A stretch of 64,000 bases of DNA from the human T2T-CHM13v2.0 reference genome, Homo sapiens: the NCBI RefSeq assembly GCF_009914755.1, contig NC_060948.1. One strand, given 5' to 3'. Positions within the stretch are counted from its first letter, which is position 1; each line of letters opens with the position of its first letter. The notes under the pieces are model-generated. The model was given only the letters and a program-made list of their open reading frames with translations, searched no databases and had not been told where the DNA came from. The translations under genes and the position numbers were made by a program. Positions 1 to 12,600 of this stretch are shown piece after piece.

Positions 1-475
1 AGTCCATTTTTTTACATTCCATTACATTCTATGACATTCGATTCCGTTTCATTGCATTCCATTCCATACATTTTTATTCCATTCGAGACCGTAGCATTCC
101 GCTTTATTCCAGGCCTGTCCATTACACTACATTCCCTTCCATTCCAATGAATTCCATTCCATTCCAATCCATTCCTTTCCTTTCGCTTGCATTCCATTCT
201 ATTCTATTCTACTGCATACAATTTCACTCCATTCGTTCCCATTCCATTCAATTCCATTCCATTCAATTCCATTCCATTTGTTTCCATTCTCTTCGATTCC
301 ATTTGTTTATATTCCATGCCATTCGATTCCATTCTATTGGATTGCATTACATTCGTGTTCATTCCATTCCAGACCATTCCATTTGACTCCATTCCTTTCG
401 AGCCCTTTCAATTTGAGTCCATTCCTTTCCAGTCCATTTCACTCCAGTCCATTACTATCCATTCCATACCATTCC

Positions 476-530
476 ATCCCATTCCATTCCATTCCATTCC
501 ATTCCATTCCATTCCATTCCATTCCATTGA
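476..530 (+). repeat. Near-perfect (CCATT)n tract inside each unit (U1 copy); copy-number variable between units
   Basis: This is the longest pure CCATT run in the unit. The distance from StuI to ACTGCACTCC changes in 5-bp steps from 410 to 455 bp across units after correcting for separate small deletions. Confidence 0.9.
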
Positions 531-1962
531 ACTGCACTCCATTCCATTACATTCTACTCTATCGGAGTCGATTTTATTACATTAGATTCTATTCCATTGG
601 ATTACTTTCCATTCGATTACATTTCATTCATGTACATTCCATTCCAGTCAATTACATTCGAGTTCATTACATTACATTCCAGTATATTCCATTGTATTCG
701 ATCCCATTCCTTTCAATTCTTTTCATTCGACTCCATTATATTCGATTCCATTCCACTCGAATCCATTCCATTAGAGGACATTCCATTCCAATGCATTCCA
801 TTCCATTCCATAGCATTCCATTCCATTCGATTCCATTCCATTTGATGCCATTCCATTTGATGCCATTCCATGACATTCCATTCCATTCGAGTCCATTCCG
901 TTCCAATTCATTCCATTCCGTTTCATGAAATTCGAGTCCTTTCCAGTACATTTCATTCCAATCCCATCCAATCCAATCTACTCCATTCAATTCCTTTCCA
1001 TTCCATTTGATTAGATTCCATTGATTTGATTCCATTCAGTTTGATTCCATTCCGTGAAATTTCCTTCCATTCTCTTCCATTGCATTAGTTTCCATTCAAT
1101 TCCATTCCATTTCATTTCAGTCCATTCGCTTCCTTTCCTTTCGATTCAATTCCATTTGATTCCACTCCATTCTATGCGATTTCATTCCAATCGATTCAAT
1201 TCCATTCGATGACATTCCTTTCGTTTCCATTCCATTCGAGTCCATTCAATTTGAGCATTCGTGTCCATTCTATTCGAGTCCATTCCATTACCGTCTATTC
1301 TATTCCCTTCCATTCCTGTTGATTCAATTTCATTCCCTTCCATTCGATTCCTTTCCATGCGATTCCATTCCTTTCCATTCCATTCCATTCGTTCCCATTC
1401 CATGTGATTTCATTCCATTCCAGTCCATTATATTCGAGTCCACTCCACTCCATTCTATTACATTCAATTCCTTTTGAGTCCGTTCCATAACACTCCATTC
1501 ATTTCGATTCCATTTCTTGCCAGTTTTCTTCCACTTTATTCCATTCCGTTCGATTCCATTCCATTCGATTGCATTCCATTCGAATCCTTTCCATTCCATT
1601 TCATTCCATTGCTTTCTATTCCATTCCATTTCATTCGATTTGATTCCATTCTGTTCTATTCCATTCAATTCTTTTTCAATCCATTCGAATCCTTTCTATT
1701 GCAGTCCATTCCATTCGAGTCCATTCCAATCCCTTCCATTCCATTCCATTACAGTCCATTCCAATAGATTCCATTCCTTTGCCTTCCATTCGAATCCATT
1801 CCATTCTAGTCCATTCCATTTGAGTCAATTCCATTCCATTCCATTCTATTCCTTTCCAATCCATTCGATTCCATTCGATTCAATTCCGTTTGATTCTCTT
1901 TCATTCTATTTTATTCCATGCCATTTGATTGCATTGCATTCCATTCCGTTTGATTCCAGTCC

Positions 1963-1977
1963 ATTCAAGAAAGTTCC
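1963..1977. promoter_or_regulatory. Perfect 3-unit heat-shock element sequence (HSE-A), repeated in all 18 complete units
   Basis: aTTCaaGAAagTTCc matches nTTCnnGAAnnTTCn. The variant aTTCaaGAAtgTTCc (U4, U5, U6, U9, U10) keeps the consensus. The motif match is seen directly; HSF1 binding here is inferred. Confidence 0.55.
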
Positions 1978-3263
1978 ATTCCAGTCCATTGCTTTCCAGT
2001 CCATTCCATTCCACTCTAGTCTATTCCACTCCATTCCTTTCCATTCCATTCCATACTATTCCATTCCATTCCTTGGCATTCCGTTTCCAATCTATTCGAG
2101 TCCATTGCATTCCAGTCCAATCCATTCCATTACATTCCTTTTGATTCCCTGCCAGTCGATTGCATTGCATACTACACCATTCCAAAGGAGTCCATTCCAT
2201 TCTATCTCAACACTTTCCATTCCACTCTGTTCGAGTCCATTCCATTCCAGTCCATTTAATTCAAGGGCATTCCATTCCATTCCATTCCATTTCATATTAT
2301 TCCATTCCATTCAATTCCATTCCAGATGATTCCATTCCATTCTATACCATTGCTCTCTGTTCCATTCCATTCCATCTGTCTCCATTCCTTTCGTTTCGAT
2401 TCCTTTCCATTCCATTCCATTCCATTTGATCCTATTTTATTAAATTGCATTCTATTCGAGTGATTTCCATTCGAGTCCTTTCCATTCGATTCCATTCCAT
2501 TCTATTCCATTCCTTTGGATTCCATTCCATTCCGTTCCGTTCACATCAATTCCTTGCGATTCCATTACATTCGATTTCTTGCCATTCGATTCCATTCCTT
2601 TTGACTCCATTTCATTCGATTCCATTCCATTCCATTAATTTCCATTCCATTCGAGACCTTTCCATTGCAGTCTTTTCCCTTCGAGTCCATTCCGTTCGAT
2701 TCCCTTGCATTCGATTCCATTCCATTGGAGTCCGTACCAGTCGAGTCCATTCTATTCCAGTCCATTAGTTTCGACTCCATTGCATTCGAGTGCATTCCAT
2801 TCCGTGGCTGTCCATTCCATTCCGTTTGATGCCATTCCATACGATTCCATTCAATTCGAGACCATTCTATTCCTGTCCATTCCTTGTGGTTCGATTCCAT
2901 TTCACTCTAGTCCATTCCATTCCATTCAATTCCATTCGACTCTATTCCGTTCCATTCAATTCCATTCCATTCGATTCCATTTTTGTCGAGAACCTTCCAT
3001 TACACTCCCTTCCATTCCAGTGCATTCCATTCCAGTCTCTTCAGTTCGATTCCATTCCATTCGTTTCGATTCCTTTCCATTCCAGCCCATTCCATTCCAT
3101 TCCATTCCTTTCCTTTCCGTTTCATTAGATTCCATTGCATTCGATTCCATTCAATTCAGTTCCGTGCTATTCAATTTGATTCATTTCCATTTAATTCCAT
3201 TCCATTAGATTCCATTCCGTACGATTCCATTCCTTTTGAATCCATTCCATTGGAGTCCATTCA

Positions 3264-3278
3264 CTTCCAGAACATTCC
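3264..3278. promoter_or_regulatory. Perfect 3-unit heat-shock element sequence (HSE-B), intact in 17 of 18 units
   Basis: cTTCcaGAAcaTTCc. The variant cTTCcgGAAcaTTCc (U2, U7) keeps the consensus; the element is broken in U9 (31691, ...GAAcaCTC). Function is inferred. Confidence 0.55.
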
Positions 3279-3648
3279 ATTCCAGTCGAATCCATTCGAG
3301 GACATTCCATTAAAGTTCATTACATTCTAATACATTCCATTCCATTGCATTCCATTCCATTCCATTCGATGCCATTCGATTCCATTCCATGCCAAATCAT
3401 TGCATTCCTTTCCATTCCGTTCCTATCAATTCCATTCCATTCGATTTAGTTCGATTCTATTCACTTCCATTCCATTCGATTCCATTCCATTGGAGTCAAT
3501 TCCTTTTGACACCCAGCCTTTCCAGTCAATGATTTTGGAGTCCAATTTTTTGCATTCCATTACATTCTATGACATTCGATTCCGTTTCATTGCATTCCAT
3601 TCCATACATTTTTATTCCATTCGAGACCGTAGCATTCTGCTTTATTCC

Positions 3649-6600
3649 AGGCCTGTCCATTACACTACATTCCCTTCCATTCCAATGAATTCCATTCCAT
3701 TCCAATCCATTCCTTTCCTTTCGCTTGCATTCCATTCTATTCTCTTCTACTGCATACAATTTCACTCCATTCGTTCCCATTCCATTCAACTCCATTCCAT
3801 TCAATTCCATTCCATTTGTTTCCATTCTCTTCGATTCCATTTCTTTATATTCCATGCCATTCGATTCCATTCTATTGGATTGCATTACATTCGTGTTCAT
3901 TCCATTCCAGACCATTCCATTTGACTCCATTCCTTTCGAGCCCTTTCAATTTGAGTCCATTCTTTCCAGTCCATTTCACTCCAGTCCATTACTATCCATT
4001 CCATACCATTCCATCCCTTTCCATTCCATTCCATTCCATTCCATTCCATTCCATTCCATTCCATTGCATTCCATTCCATTCCATTCCATTGCACTGCACT
4101 CCATTCCATTACATTCTACTCTATCTGAGTCGATTTTATTGCATTAGATTCTATTCCATTGGATTACTTTCCATTCGATTACATTTCATTCATGTACATT
4201 CCATTCCAGTCAATTACATTCGAGTTCATTATATTACATTCCAGTATATTCCATTGTATTCGATCCCATTCCTTTCAATTCCATTTCATTCGACTCCATT
4301 ATATTCGATTCCATTCCACTCAAATCCATTCCATTAGAGGACATTCCATTCCAATGCATTCCATTCCATTCCATAGCATTCCATTGCATTCGATTCCATT
4401 CCATTTGATGCCATTCCATTTGATGCCATTCCATGACATTCCATTCCATTCGAGTCCATTCCGTTCCAATTCATTCCATTCCGTTTCATGAAATTCGAGT
4501 CCTTTCCAGTACATTTCATTCCAATCCATTCCAATCCCATCTACTCCATTCAATTCCTTTCCATTCCATTTGATTAGATTCCATTGATTTGATTCCATTC
4601 AGTTTGATTCCATTCCGTGAAATTTCCTTCCATTCTCTTCCATTGCATTACTTTCCATTCAATTCCATTCCATTTCATTTCAGTCCATTCGCTTCCTTTC
4701 TTTTCGATTCAATTCCATTTGATTCCACTCCATTCTATGCGATTTCATTCCAATCGATTCAATTCCATTCGATGACATTCCTTTCGTTTCCATTCCATTC
4801 GAGTCCATTCAATTTGAGCATTCGTGTCCATTCTATTCGAGTCCATTCCATTACCGTCTATTCTATTCCCTTCCATTCCTGTTGATTCAATTTCATTCCC
4901 TTCCATTCGATTCCTTTCCATTCGATTCCATTCCTTTCCATTCCATTCCATTCGTTCCCATTCCATGTGATTTCATTCCATTCCAGTCCATTATATTCGA
5001 GTCCACTCCACTCCATTCTATTACATTCAATTCCTTTTGAGTCCGTTCCATAACACTCCATTCATTTCGATTCCATTTCTTGCCAGTTTTCTTCCATTTT
5101 ATTCCATTCCGTTTGATTCCATTCCATTCGATTGCATTCCATTCGAATCCTTTCCATTCCATTTCATTCCATTCCTTTCTATTCCATTCCATTTCATTCG
5201 ATTTGATTCCATTCTGTTCTATTCCATTCAATTCTTTTTCATTCCATTCGAATCCTTTCTATTGCAGTCCATTCCATTCGAGTCCATTCCAATCCCTTCC
5301 ATTCCATTCCATTACAGTCCATTCCAATAGATTCCATTCCTTTGCCTTCCATTCAAATCCATTCCATTCTAGTCCATTCCATTTGAATCAATTCCATTCC
5401 ATTCAATTCTATTCCTTTCCAATCCATTCGATTCCATTCGATTCAATTCCGTTTGATTCTCTTTCATTCTATTTTATTCCATGCCATTTGATTGCATTGC
5501 ATTCCATTCCGTTTGATTCCAGTCCATTCAAGAAAGTTCCATTCAAGTCCATTGCTTTCCAGTCAATTCCATTCCACTCTAGTCTATTCCACTCCATTCC
5601 TTTCCATTCCATTGCATACTATTCCATTCCATTCCTTTGCATTCCGTTTCCAATCTATTCGAGTCCATTGCATTCCAGTCCAATCCATTCGATTACATTC
5701 CTTTTGATTCCCTGCCAGTCGATTGCATTGCATACTACACCATTCCAAAGGAGTCCATTCCATTCTACCTCAACACTTTCCATTCCACTCTGTTCGAGTC
5801 CATTCCATTCCAGTCCATTTAATTCAAGGGCATTCCATTCCATTCCATTCCATTTCATATTATTCCATTCCATTCAATTCCATTCCAGATGATTCCATTC
5901 CATTCTATACCATTGCTCTCTGTTCCATTCCATTCCATCTGTCTCCATTCCTTTCGTTTCGATTCCTTTCCATTCCATTCCATTACATTTGATCCTATTT
6001 TATTAAATTGCATTCTATTCGAGTGATTTCCATTCGAGTCCTTTCCATTCGATTCCATTCCATTCTATTCCATTCCTTTGGATTCCATTCCATTCCGTTC
6101 CGTTCACATCAATTCCTTGCGATTCCATTACATTCGATTTCTTGCCATTCGATTCCATTCCTTTTGACTCCATTTCATTCGATTCCATTCCATTCCATTA
6201 ATTTCCATTCCATTCGAGACCTTTCCATTGCAGTCTTTTCCCTTCGAGTCCATTCCGTTCGATTCCCTTCCATTCGATTCCATTCCATTGGAGTCCGTAC
6301 CAGTCGAGTCCATTCTATTCCAGTCCATTAGTTTCGACTCCATTGCATTCGAGTGCATTCCATTCCGTGGCTGTCCATTCCATTCCGTTTGATGCCATTC
6401 CATACGATTCCATTCAATTCGAGACCATTCTATTCCTGTCCATTCCTTGTGGTTCGATTCCATTTCACTCTAGTCCATTCCATTCCATTCAATTCCATTC
6501 GACTCTATTCCATTCCATTCAATTCCATTCCATTCGATTCCATTTTTGTCGAGAACCTTCCATTACACTCCCTTCCATTCCAGTGCATTCCATTCCAGTC

Positions 6601-9600
6601 TCTTCAGTTCGATTCCATTCCATTCGTTTCGATTCCTTTCCATTCCAGCCCATTCCATTCCATTCCTTTCCTTTCCGTTTCATTAGATTCCATTGCATTC
6701 GATTCCATTCAATTCAATTCCGTGCTATTCAATTTGATTCATTTCCATTTAATTCCATTCCATTAGATTCCATTCCGTACGATTCCATTCCTTTTGAATC
6801 CATTCCATTGGAGTCCATTCACTTCCGGAACATTCCATTCCAGTCGAATCCATTCGAGGACATTCCATTAAAGTTCATTACATTCTAATACATTCCATTC
6901 CATTGCATTCCATTCCATTCCATTCGATAACATTCGATTCCATTCCATGCCAAATCATTGCATTCCTTTCCATTCCGTTCCTATCAATTCCATTCCATTA
7001 GATTTAGTTCGATTCTATTCCCTTCCATTCCATTCGATTCCATTCCATTGGAGTCAATTCCTTTTGACACCCATCCTTTCCAGTCAATGATTTTGGAGTC
7101 CATTTTTTTGCATTCCATTACATTCTATGACATTCGATTCCGTTTCATTGCATTCCATTCCATACATTTTTATTCCATTCGAGACCGTAGCATTCTGCTT
7201 TATTCCAGGCCTGTCCATTACACTACATTCCCTTCGATTCCAATGAATTCCATTGCATTCCAATCCATTCCTTTCCTTTCGCTTGCATTCCATTCTATTC
7301 TCTTCTACTGCATACAATTTCACTCCATTCGTTCCCATTCCATTCAATTCCATTCCATTCAATTCCATTCCATTTGTTTCCATTCTCTTCGATTCCATTT
7401 CTTTATATTCCATGCCATTCGATTCCATTCTACTGGATTGCATTACATTCGTGTTCATTCCATTCCAGACCATTCCATTTGACTCCATTCCTTTCGAGCC
7501 CTTTCAATTTGAGTCCATTCTTTCCAGTCCATTTCACTCCAGTCCATTACTATCCATTCCATACCATTCCATCCCATTCCATTCCATTCCATTCCATTCC
7601 ATTGCATTCCATTCCATTCCATTCCATTACACTGCACTCCATTCCATTACATTCTACTCTATCTGAGTCGATTTTATTGCGTTAGATTCTATTCCATTGG
7701 ATTACTTTCCATTCGATTACAATTCATTCATGTACATTCCATTCCAGTCAATTACATTCGAGTTCATTACATTACATTCCAGTATATTCCATTGTATTCG
7801 ATCCCATTCCTTTCAATTCCATTTCATTCGACTCCATTATATTCGATTCCATTCCACTCGAATCCATTCCATTAGAGGACATTCCATTCCAACGCATTCC
7901 ATTCCATTCCATAGCATTCCATTGCATTCGATTCCATTCCATTTGATGCCATTCCATTTGATGCCATTCCATGACATTCCATTCCATTCGAGTCCATTCC
8001 GTTCCAATTCATTCCATTCCGTTTCATGAAATTCGCGTCCTTTCCAGTACATTTCATTCCAATCCCATCCAATCCCATCTACTCCATTCAATTCCTTTCC
8101 ATTCCATTTGATTATATTCCATTGATTTGATTCCATTCAGTTTGATTCCATTCCGTGAAATTTCCTTCCATTCTCTTCCATTGCATTACTTTCCATTCAA
8201 TTCCATTCCATTTCATTTCAGTCCATTCGCTTCCTTTCCTTTCGATTCAATTCCATTTGATTCCACTCCATTCTATGCGATTCCATTCCAATCGATTCAA
8301 TTCCATTCGATGACATTCCTTTCGTTTCCATTCCATTCGAGTCCATTCAATTTGAGCATTCGTGTCCATTCTATTCGAGTCCATTCCATTACCGTCTATT
8401 CTATTCCCTTCCATTCCTGTTGATTCAATTTCATTCCCTTCCATTCGATTCCTTTCCATTCGATTCCATTCCTTTCCATTCCATTCCATTCGTTCCCATT
8501 CCATGTGATTTCATTCCATTCCAGTCCATTATATTCGAGTCCACTCCACTCCATTCTATTACATTCAATTCCTTTTGAGTCCGTTCCATAACACTCCATT
8601 CATTTCGATTCCATTTCTTGCCAGTTTTCTTCCATTTTATTCCATTCCGTTCGATTCCATTCCATTCGATTGCATTCCATTCGAATCCTTTCCATTCCAT
8701 TTCATTCCATTCCTTTCTATTCCATTCCATTTCATTCGATTTGATTCCATTCTGTTCTATTCCATTCAATTCTTTTTCAATCCATTCGAATCCTTTCTAT
8801 TGCAGTCCATTCCATTCGAGTCCATTCCAATCCCTTCCATTCCATTCCATTACAGTCCATTCCAATAGATTCCATTCCTTTGCCTTCCATTCGAATCCAT
8901 TCCATTCTAGTCCATTCCATTTGAGTCAATTCCATTCCATTCCATTCTATTCCTTTCCAATCCATTCGATTCCATTCGATTCAATTCCGTTTGATTCTCT
9001 TTCATTCTATTTTATTCCATGCCATTTGATTGCATTGCATTCCATTCCGTTTGATTCCAGTCCATTCAAGAAAGTTCCATTCCAGTCCATTGCTTTCCAG
9101 TCCATTCCATTCCACTCTAGTCTATTCCACTCCATTCCTTTCCATTCCATTCCATACTATTCCATTCCATTCCTTTGCATTCCGTTTCCAATCTATTCGA
9201 GTCCATTGCATTCCAGTCCAATCCATTCGATTACATTCCTTTTGATTCCCTGCCAGTCGATTGCATTGCATACTAGACCATTCCAAAGGAGTCCATTCCA
9301 TTCTATCTCAACACTTTCCATTCCACTCTGTTCGAGTCCATTCCATTCCAGTCCATTTAATTCAAGGGCATTCCATTCCATTCCATTCCATTTCATATTA
9401 TTCCATTCCATTCAATTCCATTCCAGATGATTCCATTCCATTCTATACCATTGCTCTCTGTTCCATTCCATTCCATCTGTCTCCATTCCTTTCGTTTCGA
9501 TTCCTTTCCATTCCATTCCATTACATTTGATCCTATTTTATTAAATTGCATTCTATTCGAGTGATTTCCATTCGAGTCCTTTCCATTCGATTCCATTCCA

Positions 9601-12600
9601 TTCTATTCCATTCCTTTGGATTCCATTCCATTCCGTTCCGTTCACATCAATTCCTTGCGATTCCATTACATTCGATTTCTTGCCATTCGATTCCATTCCT
9701 TTTGACTCCATTTCATTCGATTCCATTCCATTCCATTAATTTCCATTCCATTCGAGACCTTTGCATTGCAGTGTTTTCCCTTCGAGTCCATTCCGTTCGA
9801 TTCCCTTCCATTCGATTCCATTCCATTGGAGTCCGTACCAGTCGAGTCCATTCTATTCCAGTCCATTAGTTTCGACTCCATTGCATTCGAGTGCATTCCA
9901 TTCCGTGGCTGTCCATTCCATTCCGTTTGATGCCATTCCATACGATTCCATTCAATTCGAGACCATTCTATTCCTGTCCATTCCTTGTGGTTCGATTCCA
10001 TTTCACTCTAGTCCATTCCATTCCATTCAATTCCATTCGACTCTATTCCGTTCCATTCAATTCCATTCCATTCGATTCCATTTTTTTCGAGAACCTTCCA
10101 TTACACTCCCTTCCATACCAGTGCATTCCATTCCAGTCTCTTCAGTTCGATTCCATTCCATTCGTTTCGATTCCTTTCCATTCCAGCCCATGCCATTCCA
10201 TTCCATTCCTTTCCTTTCCGTTTCATTAGATTCCATTGCATTCGATTCCATTCAATTCAGTTCCGTGCTATTCAATTTGATTCATTTCCATTTAATTCCA
10301 TTCCATTAGATTCCATTCCGTACGATTCCATTCCTTTTGAATCCATTGCATTGGAGTCCATTCACTTCCAGAACATTCCATTCCAGTCGAATCCATTCGA
10401 GGACATTCCATTAAAGTTCATTACATTCTAATACATTCCATTCCATTGCATTCCATTCCATTCCATTCGATGCCATTCGATTCCATTCCATGCCAAATCA
10501 TTGCATTCCTTTCCATTCCGTTCCTATCAATTCCATTCCATTCGATTTAGTTCGATTCTATTCACTTCCATTCCATTTGATTCCATTCCATTGGAGTCAA
10601 TTCCTTTCGACACCCAGCCTTTCCAGTCAATGATTTTGGAGTCCATTTTTTTGCATTCCATTACATTCTATGACATTCGATTCCGTTTCATTGCATTCCA
10701 TTCCATACATTTTTATTCCATTCGAGACCGTAGCATTCTGCTTTATTCCAGGCCTGTCCATTACACTACATTCCCTTCCATTCCAATGAATTCCATTCCA
10801 TTCCAATCCATTCCTTTCCTTTCGCTTGCATTCCATTCTATTCTCTTCTACTGCATACAATTTCACTCCATTCGTTCCCATTCCATTCAATTCCATTCCA
10901 TTCAATTCCATTCCATTTGTTTCCATTCTCTTCGATTCCATTTCCTTATATTCCATGCCATTCGATTCCATTCTATTGGATTGCATTACATTCGTGTTCA
11001 TTCCATTCCAGACCATTCCATTTGACTCCATTCCTTTCGAGCCCTTTCAATTTGAGTCCATTCTTTCCAGTCCATTTCACTCCAGTCCATTACTATCCAT
11101 TCCATACCATTCCATCCCATTCCATTCCATTCCATTCCATTCCATTCCATTCCATTCCATTCCATTCCATTCCATTGCATTCCATTCCATTCCATTGCAC
11201 TGCACTCCATTCCATTACATTCTACTCTATCTGAGTCGATTTTATTGCATTAGATTCTATTCCATTGGATTACTTTCCATTCGATTACATTTCATTCATG
11301 TACATTCCATTCCAGTCAATTACATTCGAGTTCACTACATTACATTCCAGTATATTCCATTGTATTCGATCCCATTCCTTTCAATTCCATTTCATTCGAC
11401 TCCATTATATTCGATTCCATTCCACTCGAATCCATTCCATTAGAGGACATTCCATTCCAATGCATTCCATTCCATTCCATAGCATTCCATTGCATTCGAT
11501 TCCATTCCATTTGATGCCATTCCATTTGATGCCATTCCATGACATTCCATTCCATTCGAGTCCATTCCGTTCCAATTCATTCCATTCCGTTTCATGAAAT
11601 TCGAGTCCTTTCCAGTACATTTCATTCCAATCCCATCCAATCCCATCTACTCCATTCAATTCCTTTCCATTCCATTTGATTATATTCCATTGATTTGATT
11701 CCATTCAGTTTGATTCCATTCCGTGAAATTTCCTTCCATTTTCTTCCATTGCATTACTTTCCATTCAATTCCATTCCATTTCATTTCAGTCCATTCGCTT
11801 CCTTTCCTTTCGATTCAATTCCATTTGATTCCACTCCATTCTATGCGATTTCATTCCAATCGATTCAATTCCATTCGATGACATTCCTTTCGTTTCCATT
11901 CCATTCGAGTCCATTCAATTTGAACATTCGTGTCCATTCTATTCGAGTCCATTCCATTACCGTCTATTCTATTCCCTTCCATTCCTGTTGATTCAATTTC
12001 ATTCCCTTCCATTCGATTCCTTTCCATTCGATTCCATTCCTTTCCATTCCATTCCATTCGTTCCCATTCCATGTGATTTCATTCCATTCCAGTCCATTAT
12101 ATTCGAGTCCACTCCACTCCATTCTATTACATTCAATTCCTTTTGAGTCCGTTCCATAACACTCCATTCATTTCGATTCCATTTCTTGCCAGTTTTCTTC
12201 CATTTTATTCCATTCCGTTCGATTCCATTCCATTCGATTGCATTCCATTCGAATCCTTTCCATTCCATTTCATTCCATTCCTTTCTATTCCATTCCATTT
12301 CATTCGATTTGATTCCATTCTGTTCTATTCCATTCAATTCTTTTTCATTCCATTCGAATCCTTTCTATTGCAGTCCATTCCATTCGAGTCCATTCCAATC
12401 CCTCCCATTCCATTCCATTACAGTCCATTCCAATAGATTCCATTCCTTTGCCTTCCATTCGAATCCATTCCATTCTAGTCCATTCCATTTGAGTCAATTC
12501 CATTCCATTCCATTCTATTCCTTTCCAATCCATTCGATTCCATTCGATTCAATTCCGTTTGATTCTCTTTCATTCTATTTTATTCCATGCCATTTGATTG

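Larger units (their letters stand above)
111..3648 (+). repeat. DYZ1 unit U1 (3538 bp), representative full-length unit
   Basis: Runs from AGGCCT at 111 to the next at 3649. Its internal landmarks recur in every full unit: ACTGCACTCC 531, TTTCATGAAA 921, CCAAAGGAG ~2182, TTTTATTAAA 2435, CCGTGGCTG ~2802, GACACCCAGCC ~3508. Confidence 0.95.

Noticed and set aside
921-933. TTTCATGAAA palindrome as a further HSE
   Set aside because: The third TTC is spaced 1 nt rather than 2 nt from GAA, so only two repeats are in register. A 10-bp palindrome alone is not evidence of function.
1008-1018. DUX4-like motif TGATTAGATTC
   Set aside because: It has one mismatch to TGATTRRRTTA, is present in only four units (U1, U2, U7, U17), and is easily produced by chance from pentamer variants.
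1517-2329. 270-aa + strand ORF recurring in most units (305 aa at 40636-41553) and all other HSIPF-rich ORFs
   Set aside because: (CCATT)n has no stop codon in any frame and translates as HSIPF repeats. Many starts are TTG, and the ORFs are freely frameshifted or truncated between units (U8, U13, U15). No domain is recognisable.
3526-3930. MEWNG-rich - strand ORFs
   Set aside because: (GGAAT)n supplies an ATG every 5 bp and translates as MEWNG. This is the same artefact and a known source of spurious database proteins.
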